A stretch of DNA of 64,000 bases from Octopus vulgaris (taxonomy: Eukaryota): assembly GCA_951406725.2 (NCBI GenBank), contig OX597823.1, positions 43,772,001 through 43,836,000 on the forward strand. Direction: 5' to 3'. The translations under genes were made by a program, and so were the position numbers. Shown here piece after piece: positions 11,810 to 24,062 of this stretch. Position 1 is the first letter of the stretch; every line of letters starts with the position of its first letter. Below the pieces are notes generated by a model. That model was not told the origin of the DNA and ran no database searches. It was given only the letters and a program-made list of their open reading frames with translations.

Positions 11810-11990
11810 AGTTAATCCAAACATAAAAACACAAAGAAAAAACACAACAACGCGAGGACGTGGAACAAGTATAGTAAGTATTATTGGCCGCTCAGGAAAG
11901 AAGGAAAGAAGGAGGGTTTAACGTTTCGAGCGGAGCTCTTCGTCGGAAGCATAGGAAAAGGAAAGATCCAAAGAAGGGAAGACGGTACAC
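11810..11990 (-). mobile_element. PLE pLTR fragment containing a minimal hammerhead at 11916-11950
   Basis: Minus strand gctt CCGACGA A gagc-tcc-gctc GAAA cgt t aaac. This is the minimal PLE-type HHR layout with palindromic ACGT stem III and a U4-to-C change. Confidence 0.7.
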
Positions 11991-12025
11991 ACGCGGTCAT
12001 AGATATATATGCATATGTATATATA

Positions 12026-12077
<52 letters not shown>

Positions 12078-12170
12078 CAACAATTGAGGGTAAAATTAAT
12101 TAATTATTAATCAATTTCACCAAGTGTTCAGTATGCAAAGGGACCATTTAAGGCGAATTCAAATTATTAC

Positions 12171-12373
12171 ATTATATAAAAGGGCTTAGTAAAATAAATT
12201 ACTTTGCCGCATACTGAACTCATTAGAAATAGCAGCTAAAAAACTTTTTTAAAGCTATTTCTAATACTATTTCTAAGTATTAGAAATAGCTTTAAAAAAG
12301 TTTTTTAGCTGCTATTTCTAATGAGTTCAGTATGCGGCAAAGTAATTTATTTTACTAAGCCCTTTTATATAAT
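12171..12373. repeat. Perfect palindrome with 98-bp arms and a 7-nt spacer
   Basis: 12171-12268 is the exact reverse complement of 12276-12373 by manual comparison. Spacer is atttcta. Confidence 0.92.
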
Positions 12374-12414
12374 ATATATATATATATGCATACATACGTA
12401 TATGTACATGTTTA

Positions 12415-12456
<42 letters not shown>

Positions 12457-12469
12457 ATTATACTTTTTT

Positions 12470-12640
12470 GCTTTTATTTGTTTCAGTCATTTGACTGTAG
12501 CCATGCTCGAGCAGCACCTTTAGTCGAAGAAATCGACCTCCAGTATTTATTGTTTGTAAGCCCAGTACTTACTCTATCGGTCTCTTTGCCGAACCGCAAA
12601 GTTACGGGGTTGTAAACACACCCATCAGTGGTTGGTCAAG
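12470..12640 (-). mobile_element. SINE 3' half, same family as 40884-41255
   Basis: ttgtttcagtcatttgactgtagccatgct...ctctttgccgaaccgc is the reverse complement of the 40884 SINE tail. Confidence 0.8.
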
Positions 12641-12649
12641 TCACACCTT

Positions 12650-13790
12650 GAATGCCTCTAACAGCAAATCACTAGTCTGTCGGTGGTAGGAAATGGAGTG
12701 CTGCCAGGGAGTTGAAGGTAGCAGAGGTACAGTTGAAGCAGAAGACTGGTTGAGACCGTGAAGATATGGGCTACGTCCCAGCTCACCAGATTCGAAGCGT
12801 CAATAGGAAAATGACATTTGCTTCATGAAGAACTTTGCACAGGCATTGAAGAAGGGCAAGTAGGATGGTAGGACGCAAACATCACTGAGCCCAGACAAAG
12901 TGGACCAATATATGGCAGCAGGAACATTACCTGGCTGGATCTCTAGAGGATTGATATCCAGCGTAACAGATTTCTAACTGTCTTCGGCTCTTTACCAGGT
13001 CCAACAAACCTTTACACATGGGGCTGGAATCAAACACCGTCCTCATCCTTGTGTCCTTCAACTCCTCTTTATTAGCTGTCTCAGAGCCTTAGCCTATGGC
13101 TGCTATCGCTGGCTGCATGATCAGATGCTCAGGGAGATTGAGGATGTGATATCGACAACCATTCAGTCCAGTAAATATCACCCCATGAAGAAGGATATCA
13201 GTTTTCTCAGAGCCGGAGAGAAGTCCAATTCATAGAAAGTCAAGCAGCCATCATGCTTACTTTCCACAGTCCTTGGCTGGTAGCTGAAAGTGGATCTTGT
13301 AGAACAATTAAAGTTTCCAGATCACACAGTACCAAACACACTCCGCCCAGACATAGTGATCTTCTGAAATTCCACACAGTAGATGGTCATGTAGGAACTT
13401 AATGTGCCCTGGGAGGAACACGTAAAGGGAGTTTTCCAAATACCAGAAACTAGTAGAATCGTACAGAATCGGGACTGGCAGGCACTTTTTGAGGCAATAG
13501 ACGTGGGCTGTCTTAAAAGCTCCAACTGGTTTTGGAATTATTGTCAGATTTATAGCCCAGAAAAGCTAGGGCTATAAATCCCATTACTGAAGCTGCAATG
13601 AAGTTCGCTATGTGACTTTGAATAAAGACGGCAGACCAGTGGTTTGCTGTTGGAAGGATTCATGGTGAGACTTGATCAACCACTGATGGGTTAAATGGGC
13701 GAGGCGGTCTGGTTTCGAAAGACCCGAAACTCCCATGGATTCTTGAAACATCACTGAAGACGCATCCCATACTATCCGCGAGAGGTATCT
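12650..13790 (+). mobile_element. Hero-clade (restriction-like endonuclease) non-LTR retrotransposon, decayed 3' fragment with 3' UTR
   Basis: Hand translation gives YRWLHDQMLREI...W*LKVDLVEQLKFPDHTVPNTLRPDIVIF...ELNVPWEE...EAIDVGC. This matches the Hero RLE pattern 'RPDIV..ELTVPWEE..PIEVGCRG'. Multiple stops and frameshifts. Confidence 0.82.
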
Positions 13791-14501
13791 TAAAGGTACA
13801 CACACATACACACACACGCGCACGCACCACACATACATGCATGCATATGCACAAACACACACACATGCACACGTATATTCATGTGCTACACTTAATCAAA
13901 TGCATAATTATTCATATGCATATGCTTCAAATACATGTATGAACTAAAAACCGTACCTCCACACCACAGTCTCTACACTAGCCTCCGCTCTCAGTCCTAC
14001 ACTCACTCCCCCTCTCTCTCACATAAACTAACTCCTATGTGTTTGTGTGCGTGTATTTATATATATATATACATGTTAAAATAAGACAAGTTCTTGTACA
14101 AATGTATTATTTCATGCGAACAAGTCTGAATTTGAAGCCATTAAATCCAGAACGATGCCGACTAAAAGCAGCATAATGTTTGAATAATATAGGTGTTTGC
14201 GAACTGGAACTTATACAAAACCTCTTGGACAATTTTCAGAATTTATGGCATCCAGAAATGGTTAGCAATGTGAATCCATTGATAGCAGAAAATTTAGTGT
14301 TTCGCGTTTGATTATGGTGTTTTATTAGGCTTCTATATGCTGATATAATTATGCTCTGTTAACTGTGAAATGAACTAACTCTGTGCTATATAATTCTCTT
14401 TGCTATCAAAACCGTTTTATATCTTTTCAGGAAGTGTATGTTTAAGTGCGTATCAAAACGTGTGGGCATCGGGACTCATATCTGTGTATCTTCGTGTGCA
14501 T

Positions 14502-14544
<43 letters not shown>

Positions 14545-14572
14545 CGGATGTATATGGATGTACGTATGTTTG

Positions 14573-14618
<46 letters not shown>

Positions 14619-15185
14619 TATATATATACGTGTGGGTGTCGGTGTGAATGTAAGTAAGCATATATATGATGTGTGTATATATATATATATATAAATATAT
14701 ATGTGTGTGTGTGTGTGTGTGTGTATGTGTTAGTGAGAATGTACATTTGTATGTATATACTGTTTGCTAGTGCGTGCGCTTGTGTGTGTGTGTATACTTA
14801 TGTGTTTTAAGTGTGTGTGTGTGTGTGCACGCAAGCATGCGTTTGTGTATGTGTGCGTGCACATGCTTGTGTCTGTGTGTATGTGTGTACGTGCATCAGT
14901 ACGTCCGTGCGTGATTGCGTGATTAGAAGGTGCTCCACCCTGGGACATATGCCAAGAAAGGAATTTCTTTAATAGTGTGGCTAGAAAAGCTTGGACTTGG
15001 AAAATGAATTAGCATTAATTCTAACGAATGTACTCACTTATGCATAAATATATACATACTTACATACATGTATAATTAGAGATACATACAACTATACATA
15101 CATATAATATATATATATATATATACATATATATATGTATGTATGTACGTACGTACGTATGTATGTATGTATGTATGTATGTATG

Positions 15186-15216
<31 letters not shown>

Positions 15217-15517
15217 TGTAATGTAATGTAATGTAATGCCATGTATGTATATTTGCAGCTATGCACACAGACATATTTTCACGAATCATGTATTTAACTT
15301 CTTCAGAATACCTGCAAAAACTGGAAAGAAGGAGAGTGGAGGGGAGAGTCAAATACACACAGCATATGCATATATATACTGCACATATATATATATATAT
15401 ATATATAGGCCTGCTCGCTTAGCCAGTGGGGTGGCGTCATTCAAAGGCTAAAACAATGCGAACGCATTGTGACCAGCAATGTGTAACAACATCTGATGGT
15501 CTGGTCGGTCACGTGGT

Positions 15518-15556
<39 letters not shown>

Positions 15557-15589
15557 TATGTACGAAACTATATATATATATCACGGAAT

Positions 15590-15730
15590 GCTTATCGGTA
15601 TTTCGCCAGTCGCTACCTTCTGAGTTCAAATTCTGCCGATGTCAACTTCGCCTGTCAACCTTTCAGGTTTGTCAAATTAAGCACCAGTGAAATACTGGGG
15701 TCAATGTAATCGACTCGTCCCCTCCCTCAG
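15590..15730 (+). mobile_element. Nin/Deu-domain SINE fragment; more degraded copies at ~15850-15965 (+) and ~16420-16600 (-)
   Basis: ggtatttcgccagtcgctaccttctgagttcaaattctgccgatgtcaac... is homologous to the 48304 copy. Confidence 0.75.
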
Positions 15731-16150
15731 AATTATTATTGTTGTTGTTGCTGTTGTTGATGTTGATGATGTTGTTGTTATCATTATAGTGTCAAACGAA
15801 ATCACTATAACTGAATTAGATTAAGGAGGACCGTTGTTGAAAATTCTTTCATGTATTTCTTCGGCTCTACGTTAGGAGTTTCTAATTCCGACTATGCCAG
15901 CTTCACCTCTCGTCCTTTCAGGATCGCTTGCACAAAGTGGCGGCCCTACATTAGGTTCGATTTAATCGAGGAAACCCCTATAGAACAATATGAAATGTTA
16001 AAGAAATAAGTTAATAGCAAGGAATCAGGTGTTAGGAGACGTGAGAGTTAGGAAAGGAATCTTCTAGTGAGGACAGTGTATTGCCATTGATCTTTGTGCC
16101 GTGAATGATAAAGTTACGTTTTTTTCTGAGAAATGTTAAATGAAAACCCA

Positions 16151-16270
16151 ATCAATCACCTGCTATTTATGGATGATTTGAAGTTGTTCACAAAAAGTGA
16201 GGCAGAATTGGACAGTCTAGTCCATTCTGTGCGGATGTTTCCAAATAATTTAAAGATGGCGTTTGGATCG
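16151..16270 (+). pseudogene. Small Dong/R4-type reverse transcriptase fragment
   Basis: Reads INHLLFMDDLKLFTKSEAELDSLVHSVRMFPNNLKMAFG. Homologous to the YMDDLKLF...MQFG segment of the 49466-52157 element. Confidence 0.75.
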
Positions 16271-16973
16271 CCAACAGAAAGTAGCTGCCCAACACTAGAG
16301 GCGATTTAATAGATGAAACTCCTAAAAAGTTTTGGAGCCTCAAAACCTTTACCGAAATTAATTAATAAAAGAAATAATTATTATTAGTTTTCGACATAAG
16401 ACAATACGTCAACTTAAAAAAAAGCGTATAATTGATTATGATTGACACCAAGTCTTGGTCAGTGTTTATTTTATTGATCCTAGAAGATGGTCAAGCAAAG
16501 TCGAACTCACCAGGTCGACTTTGCCTCGCCGAAACCAAAATGTAAGGAAACGTAACTCTAAACGCCGTAATGTATCTTGTTAGTCACTGGTGATCTCGCC
16601 AATAGCAACGCCATGTTATTATAGAATGAATCTCTTGATTTGCGTATCCTTAATTATTAATTCTACCTACGTTTTTATTTAATGCAAAACTAGAGCAAAT
16701 GAGAGGATTACGAAATAATTGACAGTGTAAGTCCTCCGTCAACTGAACCAAGCAATGCGAGTATGTGAGTGGGTGGTTGGATGAACGTAAATTTCTAGCA
16801 GGATAGTGCTTTATGTGGGATGCAGTGCCAGAAGAAAATTAACCCAAATCTGTCCAAGGAATGCATAAGAAAAGTAACAGAAACAAACAGTGTCTACCCC
16901 AACAGAGGAGAATCCTGAGCCAATGTGGAAGATCTACGTGGCCTTTACGCGATATACTAACACATACGGGAAT

Positions 16974-17009
<36 letters not shown>

Positions 17010-19133
17010 CACGCACACATACACACATTCACTCACAAACGCGCGCATGGACACACAGATACACACGCACACACACACACACACATATATATATACGCAA
17101 ACATATAAACCCTGGTATACATTTCTATACATAAAAATACAAGCATATATGTAAATATTTACGAGGTGTAAATGTGCTATTGTGATATCCGTACACAAAG
17201 AATTACAGCATATACGAGAATAATACATCCGTATTATGCCTTCACAGACAGCAAAGACAATGTGCATTACCTTCCAACATAAAATAGATAATATACCTTA
17301 ATTTCGTACGTATAAGTTATATACATCGATATTTATTCAGAAATATGCATCAACTTGTTTGTCGTTAGTTGTCGTTTTGAAACAAACGAACAATTTGTAG
17401 AATATGCACTTAGGCATGACTACGAAGTCTTTCACTGAAATCTTCAAAGGAAATATGTCGGAATATGCAAATATCTCCTTGCAATACTTGCAAACAAGAT
17501 ATTCAGATAGTATTGATTCTAATCAAATTTAGAATGGCCGTTATGTTTGACGTATCTACGATAATGATTAGAGATTATTCATACCAGTAATTTACGTAGA
17601 TCATTTTCATTTAACATTGTGGAATTCGTAATTCAAAAATATGCTGCACAAAACCAGATATCGTGAAAACTAAGAGCTTGTAACCACCTGCCTCGTATAG
17701 CAGTCAAATCTTCCTCACATCACGCAGTAATGTGGGAATTGATGGTGGTAGTGGTTGTGGTGGCGGTAATCAATGTGGTGGTGGTAATGGTAGTGGTGGT
17801 AATGGTGCTGGTGGTGTTGGCTGTGGCGGTGCCGGTAGTGGTGATGATGGAAATGGTGGATCTCCGTCGTTTGGCAAAGAGAATTCAGGAGTTCGATCAA
17901 CTGAATTACCTGCTCCTGTATTAACAATTAAATGACTGAGCAGCCTACACATGCATGTATCCTTAAGTAAGTTACTGCCAGAATTAACGTAACACAGTGT
18001 AAAAAGGTTGTACCTTCTTCAATATAAGATACAGTCCAATTGACAGTTTTTATTTAGTGTCATTCAACTCAAATTCATTCACAAGATGTCAAGCAGTGCG
18101 ACTGAAATCCGGACTTTGTAGTTGCGAAGTTTTTTTTTAACCATTCGCCCATACTGCACCTACACAATAGAAATTCTATTAGAGACAACGTAGTCCCAAA
18201 GAAAAAAATAAAAGATAACATGGTTACGGCTGGAGAATTTTAGATCATAGATTTGCTCAGTCAAGTCTGAGTCACAGCTTATCCGCAACAACATAAGGCA
18301 TTTCGTCAGTTTTAGATTTCAGTAGAAGACATTGGTCCAAGGTGCTACTCACTGGTACTGAACTCAACACTAAGTGATTGCAAAGCGAGTTTCTTAATCA
18401 CTCAAGGAGACAACGATGTTTATTTTGTTTCTATGGCATAGTGAAAGGAAGGAGAAAGCATCTTCAATCCTTTTTAGGATCTCCAACAATGTTAGCAGGA
18501 AGTTATTCTAAAACCGAAGTCTTAGTCCGATGGCTTTCAACAGAGTTGGGTCTACTACAGGCGTACAAAAGCCAGATGCACGTGTTAAATCAAGGGTTAG
18601 ATAAGGGGGTCAATTCCATGAACTTGCAGCGAGTTATCTCCTTGAGCAAGATGCTTCATTTCACATTGTCCAATTCAACGACCTTACTGCTAGTGCCGTT
18701 CTCTCTTTCTTTACCAGTCACTTCCTAGATGCTCAACTGACTCTTAGTTTAGAGAGCCGAAAGGGTCTCTAAGTTTTCACATGACTACATAGTCATCTAA
18801 AACAATTAGCGTGAGTATGGCGCATGTCACGATGTCATACTCATGTGTATAATACGTAGCAGTACCAAGCATTCTTTAAAATGTTCTTGTGGCTTTTTCT
18901 GGGTTTTTTTTACTTGTCAAAAATATCAAGGGGTTAATTCGACCATCTAAAAATCAAAAATCTAATCTCCACTGCTTGTGCACCATCCCTTCCACCTCAC
19001 GCGAAAACATACCTTTAATGTCCGCTCCATGCTCTCTTTCAACAAGATATTTGAAAAAATATAAAACGTTAAATTGCCTGCAACCAATGAAAGTCAGCCG
19101 AGTGTTACCAGCTCTGCACTAACGATCAGTGAT

Positions 19134-19181
<48 letters not shown>

Positions 19182-21321
19182 TCTCTTCTCTTTTCTTCTT
19201 TTAATTGGGTTGGTGTGTAGTTTTAATGGAAGTTCTTTCATCAATGGTTTTTCATATGAATCTATGACGACTTTGATAATGAAATGACAAGTTTGTTATG
19301 ACAATATTGAAAACACACGAACTATACAGCGCTGGGTGCGGTTGTTGATTATAAAAAAAAGAGCAAAGCAGTAACAAAACATAAATGGGGAAATTTATCC
19401 TCTAAATGGTGATATTCAAAGCTAAATAGCATTTTAGTGGTGAAAGAAAACAAAAGCGTTCCGAAAGTATAACTACTGTAGATAGAGTTCAGTGGTGTGT
19501 CGAACGATATAAAGTTTGAACTAAGGATGCAGGCATGGTTCTGTGGTTAAGGTGTTCTCTTCGAAAACACATAGATTTGAGCGGTTCGATTCTACTGTGT
19601 GGTAGCGTAGATAAGTATCTTTTACCATTCCATTACAGATGCATGTCATCGTGTCTGTGATGGAATTTGATAAACAGAAAGTGTTTAGATGTCATGTACG
19701 TATGCTTGTGCATATTTGCCATAATAAAGAAAGCTGCTTATCACTTAGTTTAAAGTATGTAGTTTTTACAAAACTGAAGCAATTATTAAAATCTACATTC
19801 TCTAGAAAATTCTTATAAATTCTATTTTTGAGATTTTTGACGTCATACCAATTTATAAACTTCTCATGAGAACGTTGAATGCTTTTTTAGAACTGGATCT
19901 CGAAGCTCAAAAGGACATAGGCAATACCACGTAAATATCAGGTTTATATATTCTTACGACATCAGCAACATACAATTCTCGCTGATAAGTATAATGTTTC
20001 AAAAGCAGATAGAGAAATAAGAACGATTGCATTGGTCTGTCTACAGAAGATGTGATATCGGGCCCCAGGGTCAGACTTCGATTTTTTCTGTTCAAAAGGG
20101 TTTTTCAACCCAATATTATTCATATATTTTTATCAAACTGTGGTTTTCAAACAACATAATTATTTAAGATAACTAGTTTCTACTCACTGTGAATTAGTTA
20201 ACTTACATTGCGAGATAACATTTTGTAGCATTCCTGTTTATATTTTGGCATAGAACTATGACCATTCCACACCCCTTGATTTGTTTCCTCACAACCTTAT
20301 GAAAACTGGATATTCTTTATAAGGTTTCTGCAAAAGAACTTCAGATGGTGAAGCTTACGATTACATCGGAATTCGGCAGGGTAAGAAATTTCGGATAATT
20401 CACATGCCTCGATTTTGCCTTCCGATAACTTCTAATAAAATAAATATTTGTTCGGGAAATTCTCTACAAATATTTTGCAGTTTGTGTACATTATATTTAT
20501 GAATGAATGAGTGAATAAATGAATGAATGAGTGAATGAATGAATGAATGAATAACTCAATGAATCAATCAATGAGTGAGTGAATAAGTGCTTACAAACTT
20601 CCTACACTTAGATCCTTGGATCTTACAATTACATATCGATATACATATATGTATGTATATTATGTATATTTGCATGTATGTATATATATATATGGTTAAA
20701 TGTCTGTGTGTATATATAAATACATATACATATACACACAAACAATTATGTAATATATATATGGTTAAAGGTCTATGTGTGTATGTACATATATATATAT
20801 ATATCTTTGTTAGCAGATCATAAATCAGAGGAAGAGCATACTCTATAAAATATAGAGTAGTTGTTTATTTTTGCATGTGTAAAGTAACAGTTTAGAAAAG
20901 AAAACATTTCTAATCCGGCATGTACAACCTGCCTCTGTCCGTGGTTTAGGATTGCTAAGTAATTTTTTCTTAACACTGGGTGCCCAAACTGAAAGAGATT
21001 CTTAAATTATGTCTGTTAAAGCTCTTTCTATATTTGTGTGGTCGCGTGAAATGCTTATCAACCAACCTAAGAAAAATCTTACCTACGCAGGTCCGGACGT
21101 TTAGGGAGAAGCGAGGAGCGAACCATAATGTGTTGCCGTGGCGTTTCCTTTTACGGTTACTCAATGCCGGTGTATATACTATATGGTGCCGATGTTAAGA
21201 TAAAAATACGTAGCAATCCTAAGCCACGGACAGAGGCAGGTTGTTCATGTAGACTTAGAAATGAATGTGCAGTGGACGGTCGATGTAACACCGAGGCTAC
21301 AGTGTACCAAGCAAACAGAAG

Positions 21322-21699
21322 GTGCACAGAAGCAGCACAAATATCAGTAACATCAATGCCAACACAGGGAGACAGACTAAAATTTATGTCGGATCTTGTG
21401 AATCCAAATTTAAAAATCGCCTGAACAACCACAGACTCTCTTTCAGGGTCTCGGAGAGACGCAACGCAACAACACTCGCAGTATATGTATGGCACCTAAA
21501 GGACAATCATACGCCCTTTAACATCAGGTGGAAATTACTAGAAACTTGTGGACCCTATCGCAATGAAACAAGACTATGTAAATTGTGTATAGCAGAAAAA
21601 TATATGACCCTTATGAACTCACATGAACCAGTAGGCTACCTTAACTCCACGATGGAAGCCATGGAGAGTTGTCCCCATTTTCGGAAATTTTTACTTTAG
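21322..21699 (+). pseudogene. GIY-YIG endonuclease domain of a Penelope-like element; frameshifted upstream, no RT
   Basis: IYVGSCESKFKNRLNNHRLSF...TTLAVYVWHLKD...IRWK...CKLCIAEK...LN......CPH.RKFLL is typical of PLE (Naiad) GIY-YIG. Confidence 0.88.
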
Positions 21700-21817
21700 C
21701 TATCAAGCGATGGAAGACAACTCCCCCGGCCATAATTTTTAAGGGGAATATTTCTTGAATTATCACCGGCATTCTTGTGTTTTAAAAACAAACATTCTTT
21801 GCAGAGAACAGTTATCA

Positions 21818-21879
21818 TTTAGAAAAAATGAAGATATGTCTACTTCACGCTAGATGTGAAACCAATGGTTTTTTCTAAA
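21818..21879 (+). ncRNA. Degenerate type I hammerhead in PLE 3' pLTR
   Basis: Stem I tttagaaaa/ttttctaaa, (A)TGAAGA core with C3 lost, stem II atgtcta/tagatgt, GAAA, stem III acca/tggt. Confidence 0.65.
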
Positions 21880-21895
21880 CTTATTTCCCACATAC

Positions 21896-21938
<43 letters not shown>

Positions 21939-21940
<2 letters not shown>

Positions 21941-22350
21941 GTATTGTTTTTACGTCCTGTTTTTGTCACATTTTTTTTCCTTCTTTTTACCCCTCTGCAA
22001 ATGAATTTTATTTAATTCTTTCGCAGGAAGGATTAGTTCGCCGAGACGTGTTCTGTTCTCACCTTCGAAACACGCTGGAGTTGAACTACGGACAGCTGAT
22101 GAAGGGGATTTTTCCTTGTGTAGTTGTCTTGTACTCTGTTTTTTCGTTGTTAAAAAAATGGTCCGTTCCATGCTGTTTTTACGTTTCCGTTTCTCGTTGA
22201 GTTCTACGTTTATTTGTGGTGTCCTGTACACACGTATATATATTTATATATGCATGTATATATACATGTGGATGTAGCTACGTACATATATGTTTGTATG
22301 TATGCATATATTTTATTTATTACACTATTGTATGACTGAGCGCCTTCGCG
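21939..22350 (+). mobile_element. Second, diverged member of the 10232-11148 family
   Basis: Collinear similarity with 10770-11148 (ccctctgcaaa, tcgcaggaagga, caccttcgaaac, ttttccttgtgt, ggtgtcctgtac, tatacatgt). It continues into sequence resembling 10330-10345. Confidence 0.8.
22047..22107 (+). ncRNA. Non-circularly permuted hammerhead ribozyme candidate, copy 2
   Basis: CGTGT-T-CTGTTC (22047-58), then CTTC-GAAACACG (22063-74), then GGACAG-CTGATGA-A-GGGG (22090-22107). Stems differ from copy 1 by compensatory changes. Confidence 0.75.
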
Positions 22351-22404
22351 TCGATTCGATTCGATTCGTTTGGTTTCGTTTCGTTTCTTCTTCTTCTCTA
22401 AGCT

Positions 22405-22466
<62 letters not shown>

Positions 22467-23426
22467 CATATACACACAAACAATGATGTGTATACGTTGG
22501 TAAATGTGTCTGTATATATCACATGAGTATTGGGCAGATGACATTATGCGTGGGTGGGATCGTGCGGAGGAGGCGTCTAAATAAAGGAATACACGTGATT
22601 ACTCGAACAATGTCAAGGTGTGTGGCTTAGTGGTTACGGATGTTGTACTCAAGATCGTATGATAGCGGTTTCGAATCTGAGATCAGAAATGTGCTATATT
22701 TTTGTGTAAAACACTTCTAGAACACTCAGCTTGTTAAATTGAGTATTACTACGAGGGACTCGCGTCCAGACCAGGGAAACCGGTTTCATTAGCCTATGGC
22801 ATTGAAAGGCCAGTTCATGATGTATTGAACAATATGTTTATATATAGAACAGAGTTAGTTACAAGTGGGGGTCTTGCTTCAAACAGTTATTTATAAAGAG
22901 ATCTTGATGGAAACACATAAACCAACGATGCTCCACTATTGTCAAAACGGAAAAGATGTAGCCTACAGCCAAATTATTACATGACACGTCGCTCCATCTG
23001 GTGGAGAATATATGTTAAAGTATAAATTATGAGATGCGTTCATATGAAAAAAGGACATAACTACAGTAAGAAGAAAGCAGATTTTGAATTAATTATGAGA
23101 TGTACTGCAAGCGAGGATGGTGGATGAAGATAAACTTAGATGAGTTATAAACATAAGACGTGTTTATTTAGCACATAGGAAGAATATGTCAGAGTTACTA
23201 GAGCATCTGTATTTAATAAGGTTACCACAATGGCGACTGTATATACATATGTCCGTATACATTCATGTGTGCGTGTGTGTTTGTGTATGTATATGTACAT
23301 ATATGTATGTGTGTGTGTACGTATGTATGTATGTACCTATATATGCATGTATATATATGAATGTGTGGGTATATATGTATACATATATATGTATGTATGT
23401 ATATATAATATATATGATATATGATA

Positions 23427-23475
<49 letters not shown>

Positions 23476-23949
23476 GCGCATTCATAGATACATACATATA
23501 CGTGTATGTTTGGAAAGCACGATAGACATAGATAGAATCCTATGCATGTAAATATTTAATATATGAATATATTTATCCTTTACACATGCACACACACACA
23601 CACACTTGTATGTATGTATGTATATATATATATATTCTTTTTTCTTTTTACTTGTTTCAGTCATTTGACTGCGGCCATGCTGGAGCACCGCCTTTAATAT
23701 ATATACTACTTTTTTAGTGGAATGTACTTCTGTGCACACACGTATACAGAAAATGCACATGTACACCTATAAATGCATGCACATACACTCGTGCATTACA
23801 CTTATATTTTCACACACACACAGACGCACGCACACATGCATACTTACACACCCCAACCCCACCCACTCGACACTCATATATATATATATATATATATATA
23901 GAAAGAGATTGAGTAAGAGAGAGAGATGAATGGGTAGATAGATAGATAT

Positions 23950-24062
<113 letters not shown>

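Larger units (their letters stand above)
20905..21895. mobile_element. Naiad-type Penelope-like element: two divergently oriented fragments (20905-21185 minus, 21186-21895 plus)
   Basis: Minus strand: WFAPRFSLNVRTCVGKIFLRLVDKHF..H....FNRHNLRISFS. Plus strand: CSCR...C...GRC...VYQA, then a GIY-YIG domain ending CPHFRKFLL. The 3' UTR carries an HHR-like motif. Confidence 0.85.
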
